The notes: a model not told the origin generated them from the letters alone. A stretch of DNA of 64,000 nt from Myxococcota bacterium (GCA_040386535.1 JAZKFH010000027.1:228064-292063), one strand, 5' to 3'. Counted from the first letter of the stretch, positions 33,303 through 43,448 are shown. Numbers and translations are program-made.

Positions 33303-33950
33303 ATGGCGGTCCCCGGAGCCAACATGTCGGTCATTCCCCAGTATCGTGTGCTCCTGCTCGACCCCGTGAAGCTGCGTCGCGACCGGGTGGAGCAGATGTT
33401 GCGCCTCCGCTTCGAGACGCAGGGCTTCGGCACCATCACCCAGGCCATCGCCGCGATCAAGGGCGGGCCCCCGCCGCACGCCATCGTGGGGACCCTGCGC
33501 CAGATCGACGACAACGGGCTGGTCGCCGGCAAGGCGCTCCGCGCGGAGGCCGGCAAGGACGTGTACATCCTGGTCCACGGCGCCGCCGACACACGGAAGA
33601 CCGCCGCCGAACGCCAGGCGATCGCGGACCGCCACGGGGTCGACACCTGGAGCGAGATCGCGCTCGAGCCCGACGGGATCGCGTCGGTGCTGGGCGGCGA
33701 GCTGCACCGGCGCCATCGCCCGCGCACCGCCACGGTGACCCCGCTGGGCCTGATGGACCGGGCGCGCTCCCTCACGAAGGAGGACGTCAAGGCGTTCCTC
33801 ACGAAGGACCGCCCGCTCATCCCTACGCCGATCCGCGCGCCGGACGAGCCGCCGGGGTGGATCGAGCTGCTCAACGCCCCGCCGACCGCCGCGAACCTCA
33901 AGGCGCTGCTGACCAAGGAGATCGGCGTCCGGCGGAAGGCCTCGGGGTAG
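33303..33950 (+). CDS. Degenerate receiver-like domain protein
   Basis: YRVLLLDP...AIAAIKGGPPPHAIVGT matches receiver beta1-beta3 topology but lacks the phospho-Asp. Confidence 0.55.
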   Translation: MAVPGANMSVIPQYRVLLLDPVKLRRDRVEQMLRLRFETQGFGTITQAIAAIKGGPPPHAIVGTLRQIDDNGLVAGKALRAEAGKDVYILVHGAADTRKTAAERQAIADRHGVDTWSEIALEPDGIASVLGGELHRRHRPRTATVTPLGLMDRARSLTKEDVKAFLTKDRPLIPTPIRAPDEPPGWIELLNAPPTAANLKALLTKEIGVRRKASG

Positions 33951-33959
33951 GTCAGGCTC

Positions 33960-35552
33960 TCAGCTCGCCGGCGCCGCCGCGGGGCCGGTGGTGGTCGTCG
34001 CGGCGGTCGTGTCCACCGTCGGCGCGGCCGTGTCCAGACGGCCCCGGTGGAAGAGCATCAGGTAGAACCACGAGCTGCGGACCATGTCGTCGGTCCAGTC
34101 GCTCGACTCGCCGCGTGTCTCCACGGCGGTGACCGGCGCCGACTGCTTCCAGTCGTCCAGGGCCGGGTCCTTCTGGTTCTTCAGATCGCTGGTGGCCCGG
34201 GTCTCCCCCGGCGTCGCGTACGCGTCGCCCGACTTGCCCGCGTCGTAGTCGGCGCGGGCCCGCCCGAACGGATCGTCCACGGTGACGCCCGCGCTCGTGA
34301 CCGCCTGGATCGCCACGATGTGCGTGCCCGACTGGCCGGCGCCCTTGTGGCGGATGCTCAACATGGCGGCGCCGCCATCCTCCAGGCAGGTCTTCAGGCG
34401 CGCCTTGGCGTTGGTCCACCCGAGGCTCTGCTCGAGGCGCTCGGTCGTCGGCTTCGCGCCCGCGTGGGTGCCCGACCCGTCGTGAACGGCGGCCACGAAC
34501 TTCGAGGCGTTGTTGCCGCTGTTGATCGTGGTGCGATCGATGTCGAGGAGCTCCATCATGAAGAGCGCGAGGTCGTCCATGCCCGCGTCGTTCTCGAAGT
34601 CGCCGGCCCACGTCTGGAGCTGCTTGTCGGTCTGCGTGGCGCCGCGGAGGCGCTGGTAGTTGGAGTCGCGGCGCGGCGCGCTGTTCTCGGCCCGCAGGTA
34701 CTGGAGCACGCGCGCCTTCCACGCGCCCTGCTTCAGCTCGATACAATCGGGCTCGAAGGCGTCCATCTGCTTCTTGGTCTCCGCGGCGGAGGCCCCCTGC
34801 GCGACGAGCTGCGCCGCGAGCTGCGCGCGCTTGAGCTTCGTCTCGATCGCCAGGACCAGGTCGTCGCGGGTGTAGCCCAGGCGCTCCAACACCATCGCGA
34901 GCGAGGTGCCGTTGCAGGTGGCCTCGGGCGAGGCGAGGTTGTTCGACTGGGTCTGGTAGCCGGGCACGCCGTAGTCGGCGGGCTCGCGGCCCATCATCTT
35001 GAGCTTCTCCAGGTCGCCCGCCCACGGCGTCGGCGCCGGGGTCTGGCCGGCCTCCCAGAGGTCGTTCGTGTCGCCTTCGGGCCGGAACGTCGGGGACGCC
35101 CCGCTCCCCCCGCCCATCTCGAGGAGGATGCGCGCGGGCTGGATCCATGCGGGGGGAAACGCCCCGGCTGGCAAGCGGCCCTGGTCGCCCTCGGGAAAAC
35201 GTGGGAGCAGGTCGACATCCACGGTCTCGCCGAGCCGGAGCCGCAGATCCACGTCGGCGGCCTGCCCGATCATCGCGCGGGCGCGGGCGGCGGAGATCTC
35301 CGGGTCCTCCTCCAGCATCAGCTCACCCACGACCTCCCAGAGCCGCCGGCCGTACGCCTCGATGGTCTGGGCGCGCTCGTCCTGCGGCACGACCTGGGGC
35401 GTGGCGGGGTCCGCGGTGCCGACGCGCGCCTGCACGTCCGCGTTGCTCTGCTGCCGCACGGCCGGGACCGGCGCCTGGAGGCCGCTGGTGGCCGGCGTCT
35501 GGGTCGCGGCGGCGCGGGGTTCACGACGGGGGAGGGCGACGGAGGGTGGCAT
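33960..35552 (-). CDS. Protein with C-terminal peptidase C39-like (papain-fold) domain
   Basis: YQTQSNN...TCNGTSLAMVL (Gln and catalytic Cys), GTHIVAI (His), VDDPFG (Asp). Confidence 0.72.
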   Translation of the reverse strand: MPPSVALPRREPRAAATQTPATSGLQAPVPAVRQQSNADVQARVGTADPATPQVVPQDERAQTIEAYGRRLWEVVGELMLEEDPEISAARARAMIGQAADVDLRLRLGETVDVDLLPRFPEGDQGRLPAGAFPPAWIQPARILLEMGGGSGASPTFRPEGDTNDLWEAGQTPAPTPWAGDLEKLKMMGREPADYGVPGYQTQSNNLASPEATCNGTSLAMVLERLGYTRDDLVLAIETKLKRAQLAAQLVAQGASAAETKKQMDAFEPDCIELKQGAWKARVLQYLRAENSAPRRDSNYQRLRGATQTDKQLQTWAGDFENDAGMDDLALFMMELLDIDRTTINSGNNASKFVAAVHDGSGTHAGAKPTTERLEQSLGWTNAKARLKTCLEDGGAAMLSIRHKGAGQSGTHIVAIQAVTSAGVTVDDPFGRARADYDAGKSGDAYATPGETRATSDLKNQKDPALDDWKQSAPVTAVETRGESSDWTDDMVRSSWFYLMLFHRGRLDTAAPTVDTTAATTTTGPAAAPAS

Positions 35553-35601
35553 GGCCGGATCCTACCACCCCGAGGCCGGCGTGAGGGAGCGCGCGACCGC
35601 C

Positions 35602-37056
35602 TTAGCGGGCCTCGACGAGCTCCAGCCGGATGCGTCCCATCAACGCCATGATCTGCACCTGCTGATCGAGGTCGCCCGTCGTGACCTTCAGGTGTGTGGC
35701 GTCCGCCGGGAACTCGCCGAACGTCGGATCGATCGGCACCCAGCCGGTCGGCCCTCCGAGCTCGACCTCGGGCCACGCGTGGTAGTAGAACGCGTCTCCG
35801 AGCCGGTCGCTGTAGACGAGGCCGGCCGCGATGCGCGCGGGGATGCCGACGGCGCGCGCGAGGGAGACGAACAGCGCGGTGTGCTCGTTGCAGTCGCCCC
35901 GGCCGCTGCGGAGGACGGTGAGCCCGTCGGGAACGCCGATGGTGGGCACCTTCTGGAGGTAGTCGAACACGAAGTCGTGGAGGCGGCGGGCGGCGGTCAG
36001 GCGATCGGTCGCATCCCCGATGACCGCGCGGGCCCGGGTCACGATCTCCGGGTGCCCGGACGGGATCGACAGGGTGGCGGCGAGCTCGGGGTGGCTGTCC
36101 GGCGCCGCGAGCGGGAGCTTCGGCAGCTCCTGGAGGAGCGGTACGGAGATGGTGACGGTGTCGTCCGTGCGGGTCTGGAGCGGCGGCTCCGAGGGGATCT
36201 GCGCGGGATCGATCCCGAGGACGCGCAGGGTGACGACCTTGGTGTCCCGCGCGTTCGTGAGGTCTCCCTTCAGCGTGGCGGCGGAGAGGGCCACGAGATC
36301 GGGGGGATCGCCGCCGTCGATCGCCATCGCGAGCTCGCGGGTCATCCGCTCGGTGCGCAGGCCCATCGCCGCTTCTTCCCGCAGGGTGTCGCCCGCGCTG
36401 TCCACCAGCCGGCGCGCCTCGACCCCGCCGAAGCGGGTGCGCACCCAGTACCCCGTGTCTCCGTTCGGCAGCACCTCGGTCGTCTCGACGGTGAGCGTCG
36501 CATCCGCGTTGGTCATCGTCAGGGGGTCGAAGTAGGGGACGGTGAAACGCGCGCCCGGCGCCAACGTGCGCCCGCGGAGCTGCGCCGCGAGCGTGATCGA
36601 GAGCACCGGGGCCTCGCGCACCGGCACGTCGACCGTACGCACCTCGCCGTCCTGCGCGATCTCGACGTGGATCTTGCCCGGAAGCACCTCGCCGCGGCCG
36701 GTCAGCTTCGTGGGCGCGGAGAGCAGGAAGTCGAAGGTGCGCAGCTTGCCGTCGGGGCCGGTGACGGCGGTGCCGGCGGTGACGATCTGCTGGGAGGCGC
36801 CGAGCGCCGCGATGCGGAACGCGGACTGCCCGGAGAACACGCGCCCACCGTCCGCCGTGGCGGCCTCCCGCGTGACCGCGTAGCCGACGTGCGTGTCCTG
36901 GATGAAGATGCCCTGCCAGCGCTCCTCGGTCGGGCCCACGGCGAGCGCGGCCGCGTCGATAGGGGCCAGGGGCGGCTCGGCCTGGGAGAGGGCGAGCGCG
37001 GCCACCGCGGCGAAGCTCGCCACGAAGAGGGCCTCTACGACGAGCTGCACACGCAC
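35602..37056 (-). CDS. Transglutaminase-like domain protein, membrane-anchored or secreted
   Basis: GDCNEHTALFVSLARAVGIPAR, YHAWPEV, WVPIDPTFG (Cys-His-Asp triad). Confidence 0.88.
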   Translation of the reverse strand: MRVQLVVEALFVASFAAVAALALSQAEPPLAPIDAAALAVGPTEERWQGIFIQDTHVGYAVTREAATADGGRVFSGQSAFRIAALGASQQIVTAGTAVTGPDGKLRTFDFLLSAPTKLTGRGEVLPGKIHVEIAQDGEVRTVDVPVREAPVLSITLAAQLRGRTLAPGARFTVPYFDPLTMTNADATLTVETTEVLPNGDTGYWVRTRFGGVEARRLVDSAGDTLREEAAMGLRTERMTRELAMAIDGGDPPDLVALSAATLKGDLTNARDTKVVTLRVLGIDPAQIPSEPPLQTRTDDTVTISVPLLQELPKLPLAAPDSHPELAATLSIPSGHPEIVTRARAVIGDATDRLTAARRLHDFVFDYLQKVPTIGVPDGLTVLRSGRGDCNEHTALFVSLARAVGIPARIAAGLVYSDRLGDAFYYHAWPEVELGGPTGWVPIDPTFGEFPADATHLKVTTGDLDQQVQIMALMGRIRLELVEAR

Positions 37057-37116
37057 GGATACTCGCTGACGGTCGCTCGATAACGCGGGCTATGATGCGG
37101 GGCGCGAGGCGATGAC

Positions 37117-38373
37117 ATGACGGGTGCGGGGCTGTGGTTCTGGGTGGCCGGTGGGATCGTCAGCTGTGCGGGCCCGTCCGCGGATGACGTGGGGAAGGAG
37201 ACGGGCGATACGCCGGACACGGGCATCGAGGTCGTCGACGACACCGGGCCCATCGACACGGACGAGACTGGCGACACCGACGAGACCGACGACACAGGGT
37301 CCGACGACGAGCTCGAGTACGCCGCCTTCTTCGACGTGCTCGAGGTGCAGCGCATCGATCTGGAGATCTCCGAGGAGGGGCTCGCCGCGCTCCGCGCCGA
37401 TCCGGACACGTACGTCGAGGCCGTCTTCGTGCACGACGAGGACCGCGTGGAGGAGGTGGGCGTGCGGCTCAAGGGCGGCACGTCGACCTTCGAGGACATC
37501 GACGGCAAGCCCTCCTTCAAGGTCAAGCTCGACGAGTTCGTGAGCGGCCAGGACTACGGCGGGCTGGACCGCGTGAACCTCCACAACATGAAGGCGGATC
37601 CCTCGCAGGCGCGAGAGGTGCTTGCGGCGGCGATGTGGGAAGGCGCCGGGCTCGTGGCGCCGCGCGCGAACTACGCCGAGGTGTACGTCAACGGCGCGCT
37701 CTACGGCCTCTACGCCAACGTGGAGGAGGTCGACGACGCGTTCGTGGAGCGGCGCTGGCCGGGCGGCGCGGGCGATCTCTGGGAGGCGGGCAACGACGCG
37801 GATCTGACACCGGCCGGCATCCTGAACTACTCCAGCGCCGCGGGCATCGGGGACGACGACGCGCTCGACCTGGCGCGCCGCGCCGTCCAGACGGGCGAGG
37901 GCGCGTTCTACGAGGTGGCGGACGGCGTGCTCGACATGGCCCAGTTCCTCGACTTCTGGGCGTGGCAGATCGCGACCGGCAACGAGGATGGCTACCCCTA
38001 CGAGCTCGACGACCACTACCTCTTCGCCGACCCGGAGAAGGAAGGGCGCTTCGCCTACGTGCCCTGGGGCCTCGACGAGACCTGGAACTCCGAGTTCGAG
38101 TGGGACGACTACGGCGGCACGGTCGCCGTGCACTGCCGCTACGACACCGCGTGCGCCGCGCTCTTGAATGAGCGCGTGGCCGCCGCGCTCACGACGTACG
38201 AGGGCCTGGACGTGAACGTGCTGGCGCAGGCGGCGTTCGACGTGTCGGCGGCCGCGATCGACGCGGACACCCGGCGCTACGTCTCGGCCGCCGAGGTGCT
38301 CTCCGCACGTTCGGCGCTCGTGAACCTGGCCGTCGCGCGCCCCGGCGTCGTGCGCGGGCAGATGGGGCTCTAA
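37117..38373 (+). CDS. CotH kinase family lipoprotein
   Basis: VGVRLKG, KPSFKVKLD, PRANYAEVYVNG, YGLYANVEEVD, NEDGY, PWGLDETW; acidic DT linker after IVSC. Confidence 0.85.
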   Translation: MTGAGLWFWVAGGIVSCAGPSADDVGKETGDTPDTGIEVVDDTGPIDTDETGDTDETDDTGSDDELEYAAFFDVLEVQRIDLEISEEGLAALRADPDTYVEAVFVHDEDRVEEVGVRLKGGTSTFEDIDGKPSFKVKLDEFVSGQDYGGLDRVNLHNMKADPSQAREVLAAAMWEGAGLVAPRANYAEVYVNGALYGLYANVEEVDDAFVERRWPGGAGDLWEAGNDADLTPAGILNYSSAAGIGDDDALDLARRAVQTGEGAFYEVADGVLDMAQFLDFWAWQIATGNEDGYPYELDDHYLFADPEKEGRFAYVPWGLDETWNSEFEWDDYGGTVAVHCRYDTACAALLNERVAAALTTYEGLDVNVLAQAAFDVSAAAIDADTRRYVSAAEVLSARSALVNLAVARPGVVRGQMGL

Positions 38374-38385
38374 GCCGGCCGCCGG

Positions 38386-39237
38386 TCAGTGCAGGATCGT
38401 CCCGATCCGCTCCGTCCGGACGTTTCCGGGCGGCATCGCGCCCTTGCAACTGTCGAACGACAGCCAGACGAACATCGCGCGGCCCTTGATGTTGTCCCGC
38501 GGGACGAACCCCCACACGCGGCTGTCGGCGGAGTTGTCCCGGTTGTCGCCCATCATGAAGTATTCGCCGTCGGGCACGGTCTTCGGGCCCCAGTCGGCCA
38601 TGCGCTGGGCGTAGGACGTGCTCTGGAGCACCGGGTGCGGCTTGCCGTCGAGCGTCTCTTCGAACATGCGCATGTCGTCGCTACGGCAGAACTGGTCGGT
38701 GTAGCTGAAGCCCGCCTGGAAGGTACGGCTCTGCTCGACCCCGTTGACGTACACCACGTCGTCCCGGACCTCGACCGTGTCGCCGGGGAGGCCGACGACG
38801 CGCTTGATGTAGTCGGTGTCGCAGGGCTCCTTGGGGCCGGGGAGCGCGCCGCCGGAGATCCAGGAGGGCACCCGCTTGACCGGGCACCACGGATCCGGGT
38901 TCTGCGTCGGCGGGTGGATGAACACCACGATGTCGCCGCGCTCGGGCTCGCCGCGCGGGATGATCTCGACGTTGGTAAACGGCACGCGCACGCCGTAGGA
39001 GAGCTTGGAGACGAGGATGAAGTCCCCGATCGCCAGGGTCGGCACCATCGAGCCCGAGGGGATCTGAAAGGGCTCGATCAGGATGGACCGGATCACCAGC
39101 ACGATCAGGATCGCCGGGCCCCAGGACTGGACGAGATCGATGCACCAGTCGATCGCGCGTCGAAGGGACGAACGATTGTCCGGTGGTTGCTCCTTGGGGA
39201 GGTCCTTGCGCAGATCGATGTCGAGGCCGTCAGCCAC
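38386..39237 (-). CDS. lepB: Signal peptidase I
   Basis: EPFQIPSGSMVPTL, GDFILVSK, DYIKRVVGLPGD, MGDNRDNSADSRVWG. Confidence 0.95.
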   Translation of the reverse strand: MADGLDIDLRKDLPKEQPPDNRSSLRRAIDWCIDLVQSWGPAILIVLVIRSILIEPFQIPSGSMVPTLAIGDFILVSKLSYGVRVPFTNVEIIPRGEPERGDIVVFIHPPTQNPDPWCPVKRVPSWISGGALPGPKEPCDTDYIKRVVGLPGDTVEVRDDVVYVNGVEQSRTFQAGFSYTDQFCRSDDMRMFEETLDGKPHPVLQSTSYAQRMADWGPKTVPDGEYFMMGDNRDNSADSRVWGFVPRDNIKGRAMFVWLSFDSCKGAMPPGNVRTERIGTILH

Positions 39238-39320
39238 CAGCTTCCTTTCGCGGAGGCACGTCGGATGAACGTTGGCCGCGGGGCGGGCCTACCTAGCATG
39301 GATCGCGCTACGTCGTCAGG

Positions 39321-39881
39321 GTGTCGCGCCTCATACGCCTGAACCTGCCGGCTGCCGTTCCTGACCCCGAGCCTGCCACCCGACGCGCCGCGGTCGCCGT
39401 GGTGGTGGGCCCCGACGAGGAGCTCCTGTTCATCCGCCGCGCCGAGCGGGTGGGCGATCCGTGGAGCGGCGACATGGCGTTTCCCGGCGGGCGCGAGGAG
39501 CCGGCCGATCTCCACCCCCGGGCGACCGCGGAGCGCGAGACGTTCGAGGAGGTTGGCCTCGATCTGGGCGGCGCCACGTTCCTCGGCGCGCTCGCGCCCA
39601 TGGTGTCGCCGCTCCGCCTGCCGACCAAGGGGTTCGTCATCCACCCCTACCTCTACCAGCTGGCTGCGTGGCCGCCGTTCGTCGTGAGCGAAGAGGTAGC
39701 GGCCATCCATCACCTCGCGCTTCCCCGCCTGCTGTCGGGGGAGGGGCGCGAGTCGTTCGTGTTCCGCGGGTACGGGATCGAGCGCGAGCTGCCCTGCTTG
39801 AGGCTGGACGGCACCTTCGTCTGGGGCCTCACGCTCCGGGTGGTGGACGATCTGCTGGAGCGGTTACGCGCCGCGCCATAG
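39321..39881 (+). CDS. Nudix hydrolase, CoA pyrophosphatase type
   Basis: RAAVAVV, DPWSGDMAFPGGR, TAERETFEEVG, VWGLT. Confidence 0.88.
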   Translation: MSRLIRLNLPAAVPDPEPATRRAAVAVVVGPDEELLFIRRAERVGDPWSGDMAFPGGREEPADLHPRATAERETFEEVGLDLGGATFLGALAPMVSPLRLPTKGFVIHPYLYQLAAWPPFVVSEEVAAIHHLALPRLLSGEGRESFVFRGYGIERELPCLRLDGTFVWGLTLRVVDDLLERLRAAP

Positions 39882-39896
39882 GAGCGGTCGGGAGAA

Positions 39897-40574
39897 ATGC
39901 TCCCGTCGTCCGCTCGCGTCTGCTGGCCGCGGCCGCGCGTCTTCCTCGGTCACAGGTCTCGACCTGCTCCCTCGTCAGCCACACGGCCGCGCCTCAGCAG
40001 CCACTTCGCGGACTCGGTCCGCATTTTCCCGAACGCTCCCGAGGGACCGACCTTGCTCTGGCTGATGGCTCCGTTCATCCACACCTCGCCGCTCCCGCCG
40101 CCGGGCGCGAAGTGGGAGGTGGCCTTCCTCCGCAAGGAGGACATGACGCCCGAGGGCGTGTGGTGCGCGTGGGAGGCCGAGTCGCTGCTCTACGACGGCA
40201 AGCCGTTGTGGGCCGCGGAGCCCCCCGAGGGCGAGCAGTGGTGCAAGACCCCGTTCGAAGCGTCGCGGATGGTCGACGTGCTCGGGGAGAACGGGCCGTT
40301 CCTGTCCGTCCGCCTGACCGAGTGGGGGTGCTGCCCCGATCACGAGTCCGTCGTCCCCGCCCTTACGTACGATCTGCGCACGGGCCAGCCCGCCACGCTC
40401 GAGGCGTACGACGTCCGCCGGTACGAGTGGCGGAGCAAGCGGCTGCGGCAGATCCTCGACAAGAAGCACGGCGGGGGCTGGGCGGTCGACCCCTTCGCGT
40501 TCGCCGTGGACGGCCGGCATGTGCGGGTGTGGGCGTCCCGCGGGGCCGAGGTGATCGAGATCCCGTTGCGCTGA
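39897..40574 (+). CDS. Hypothetical protein; true start probably near 40053-40065
   Basis: The 3' two-thirds have protein-like composition and GC3-rich codons; the N-terminal part looks non-coding. Confidence 0.55.
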   Translation: MLPSSARVCWPRPRVFLGHRSRPAPSSATRPRLSSHFADSVRIFPNAPEGPTLLWLMAPFIHTSPLPPPGAKWEVAFLRKEDMTPEGVWCAWEAESLLYDGKPLWAAEPPEGEQWCKTPFEASRMVDVLGENGPFLSVRLTEWGCCPDHESVVPALTYDLRTGQPATLEAYDVRRYEWRSKRLRQILDKKHGGGWAVDPFAFAVDGRHVRVWASRGAEVIEIPLR

Positions 40575-40611
40575 CCCGCGCCCTCTGACCCGTGCCCTCT
40601 GACCCATGCCC
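40571..40611. repeat. 14-bp tandem repeat x3 (ctgacccgYgccct) starting on the stop codon
   Basis: Units at 40571, 40585, 40599; TGA at 40572-40574. Confidence 0.88.
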
Positions 40612-40634
40612 GGGACGTGGGCTATGTTGCCGCG

Positions 40635-41747
40635 GTGGAACGCAACCTCTCCCAGGAAATCAAGGTCGGGCTGTTCGTCCTTGTCTTCCTCGCCCTGATC
40701 GCCGCGGCGTCCTTCATCCTCGGTGGGGGTGAGGACATCTTCGCCAAGAACTACCTCCTTCATACGAGCTACCAGGACGTGAAGGGCATGAAGGTCGGGG
40801 CGGTCGTGCGCCTGGCCGGCATGGACGTGGGGGAGGTGTCCCGCGTGGAGTTCTCGACCGACGAGAAGGTCAAGGAGATCGAGGTCGATCTCCGGATCCG
40901 CGAGACCTACCAGATGCGCATCCGCGGCGACTCCGTGGCGACCATCCAGCAGATCGGCGTGCTCGGGGACATGTACGTGAGCCTCACGGTGGGCTCGGTC
41001 GACGAGGAGATGTTGGCGAACGACGCGCACATCCAGGGCGTCGCCGCGCTGGACATGCTCTCCTACGCCGACAAGGCCACGGAGATCGTCACGAACGCGT
41101 CCAGCATCTCCAAGAAGGTCGACCTGATGCTCGGCAGCGAGGACTCGGCCAGCCGCGCCGAGATCGCCCGGAGCATCGAGAACATCGGCCTGCTCCTCGC
41201 GGACGCGAAAGAGGGCAAGGGCATCGTCCACACGCTGGTGTACGACAAGGCCGCGGCGGCCAAGGTCAACGCGATCCTCTCCAACGTCGAGGGCATCACG
41301 GGTGACGTGAAGGGCATCACCCACCAGCTCAAGACGGGGGACGGCCTCGCCACCTCGCTGATCTACGGCAAGGACGGCAGCGCGCTCACGACGCGCATCT
41401 CCGACGCCGTGGCCGCAGTGGAGGGGCTGTTGACGGACGTGCGCACCAAGGACTCGATGGCGCACTCGCTCCTCTACGATCCCGATGGCGCCAAGATCGT
41501 CAAGGAGCTCGAGGGCGCGGCGGTGTCGCTCCGCGGCATCACGGACGCCGTGAACGGCGGCGAGGGCACGATGGGCCTGCTCGTGCGGGATCCGCAGCTC
41601 TACGAGGACCTGCGCGTGCTGCTCGGGGGCGCCCAGCGCAACGCGCTCCTGCGCGCCTACATCCGCGCCACGGTGGAGAAGGGCCGCGACGAGAACGGGT
41701 CTGGCTGGAAGGCGCCGTCCGACGATCCCAGTCGTGGTGGTCGGTAG
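40635..41747 (+). CDS. mlaD: MlaD/MCE domain protein with long helical extension
   Basis: EIKVGLFV TM segment, GMKVGAVVRLAGMDVGEV, IGVLGDMYVSL, GTMGLLVRDPQLY; GTG start at 40635. Confidence 0.88.
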   Translation: MERNLSQEIKVGLFVLVFLALIAAASFILGGGEDIFAKNYLLHTSYQDVKGMKVGAVVRLAGMDVGEVSRVEFSTDEKVKEIEVDLRIRETYQMRIRGDSVATIQQIGVLGDMYVSLTVGSVDEEMLANDAHIQGVAALDMLSYADKATEIVTNASSISKKVDLMLGSEDSASRAEIARSIENIGLLLADAKEGKGIVHTLVYDKAAAAKVNAILSNVEGITGDVKGITHQLKTGDGLATSLIYGKDGSALTTRISDAVAAVEGLLTDVRTKDSMAHSLLYDPDGAKIVKELEGAAVSLRGITDAVNGGEGTMGLLVRDPQLYEDLRVLLGGAQRNALLRAYIRATVEKGRDENGSGWKAPSDDPSRGGR

Positions 41748-43448
41748 TTGCCCACCCGCGCCATCCCCGGCCCCCTCTCGACCCGGGCACTCTCGACCCT
41801 GGTGACCCTGCTGTCGCCGCGGCTCACGGGGCTCCGCAACACCCTCGTCCGCACCGAGCGTCGCGGGCTCTACGCTTTGCTCGCGTTGATCGGCATCGGC
41901 TTCTGGGCCGGGTTGTTCGCGCTGATGTACTTCCTCGTCGGCCAGTTCTGGGTCGTGGAGGGCTTCGGGCCGTTCCTGGCCCGCAAGCTGCTGGAGATGC
42001 TGCTCGCCAGCCTGTTCGTGATGCTGACGTTCTCCAACGTCATCACCGCGCTCTCGACGTATTTCCTGTCGGACGACCTGGAGCTGGTGCTCGGCCTCCC
42101 CGTGAGCCGCACCACCTTCCACTACGGCCGCTTCATCGACACGCTCGCCCAGTCCAGCTGGATGATGGCCATCTTCGGGCTGCCGGTCTTCCTGGCCTAC
42201 GGGCTCCGGATGGAGGCGGGGGTCAGCTACTACCTGTCGCTGATCGTCGCGATCCCGGCGCTGCTCGTCATCGCGACCAACGTGGGCATCGTCGCCGCCA
42301 CGGTGCTGGTGAACGTGTTCTCCGCCAAACGTACCCGCGAGCTGATGGTGATCCTCGGCCTGATGCTGGTCGCGGCACTGTTCATCGCGATGCGGTCGCT
42401 CCGCCCCGAGCGGCTGGTGAACGCCCAGGAGTTCGAGTCGCTCGCGGCCTACCTCGCCGAGCTCCAGCTCCCCGCGCCGACCCTGTTCCCGCCGCGCTGG
42501 GCGAGCGAGGTCCTGGCGGCCACGCTGCTCTACACGCCCTTCCCGTGGATGGAGGCGGGCCTGCTCGTCACCGGCGCCCTCGCGAGCGCGGCCGTCTCGC
42601 GCTGGACCGTGGCCTGGGGCTTCGACACCGGCTGGTCCCGCGCCCAGGAGGCCCGCGCCGCGCGGTTCTACCGCTCCCCCGGCTTCGACTGGATCGTCCG
42701 CCCGCTCCCCCCCGCGTGGCGGGCCATGGCCGGCAAGGAGTTCCGCATCTTCGCGCGGGACCCGTCCCAGTGGTCCCAGGTGTTCCTGCTCATGGGCGTG
42801 TGCGGCATCTACCTGGTGAGCGTGCAGTCCCTGCCGATCAACTCCTTCCAGGGCGCGGTGCTCAAGGCGATGAAGCAGGCGGTGGCCTTCTTGAACCTCG
42901 GAATGGGCGGCTTCGTGATGGCCGCGATCGCCGCGCGTTTCCAGTTCACCGCGGTCAGCCGCGAGGGGCGCGCGTGGTGGGTGTTGCGCGGCGCGCCCAT
43001 CGACCCGGCGACCATGTTGCGGGCCAAGGCGGTGCTGGGGCTCATCCCGATGACCGTGGTGGGCCTCGTGGTGGTCGTCGGGAGCGGGATGTTGCTCGAC
43101 GCCCCCCTCGGCCTGCTCGCGCTCGAGACCGTCACCACCGTGCTCCTCGCCTACGGCATCTCGGGGCTCGCGCTCGCGATGGGCGCGGTGTGGCCCGACT
43201 TCCGCGCCGACACGGCCGCGCGCGCGGCATCCAGCCCCGCGGCCGTGTTCTTCATGGTCGTGGCGCTGGTGATGGTGTTCCTGGTGCTTACGCTCGAGGC
43301 GGTGGGCGTGTGGTTGTACCTGCGGCAAGGCGGAGAGAGCTGGGCCCTGGCGCCTATCCCGGTGCTGATGGCGTTCGTGTTGTGCCTCTTCGCGGGGCGG
43401 TGGCCGGTGGGACGAGCGGCGGAGATCCTGTGGGCGCGTGGGTTGTAG
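41748..43448 (+). CDS. Putative ABC-2-type exporter permease (about 12-14 TM)
   Basis: ALSTYFLSDDLELVLGLPVS, KEFRIFARDPSQWSQ, AVSREGRAWW..RGAPI. Confidence 0.8.
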   Translation: MPTRAIPGPLSTRALSTLVTLLSPRLTGLRNTLVRTERRGLYALLALIGIGFWAGLFALMYFLVGQFWVVEGFGPFLARKLLEMLLASLFVMLTFSNVITALSTYFLSDDLELVLGLPVSRTTFHYGRFIDTLAQSSWMMAIFGLPVFLAYGLRMEAGVSYYLSLIVAIPALLVIATNVGIVAATVLVNVFSAKRTRELMVILGLMLVAALFIAMRSLRPERLVNAQEFESLAAYLAELQLPAPTLFPPRWASEVLAATLLYTPFPWMEAGLLVTGALASAAVSRWTVAWGFDTGWSRAQEARAARFYRSPGFDWIVRPLPPAWRAMAGKEFRIFARDPSQWSQVFLLMGVCGIYLVSVQSLPINSFQGAVLKAMKQAVAFLNLGMGGFVMAAIAARFQFTAVSREGRAWWVLRGAPIDPATMLRAKAVLGLIPMTVVGLVVVVGSGMLLDAPLGLLALETVTTVLLAYGISGLALAMGAVWPDFRADTAARAASSPAAVFFMVVALVMVFLVLTLEAVGVWLYLRQGGESWALAPIPVLMAFVLCLFAGRWPVGRAAEILWARGL

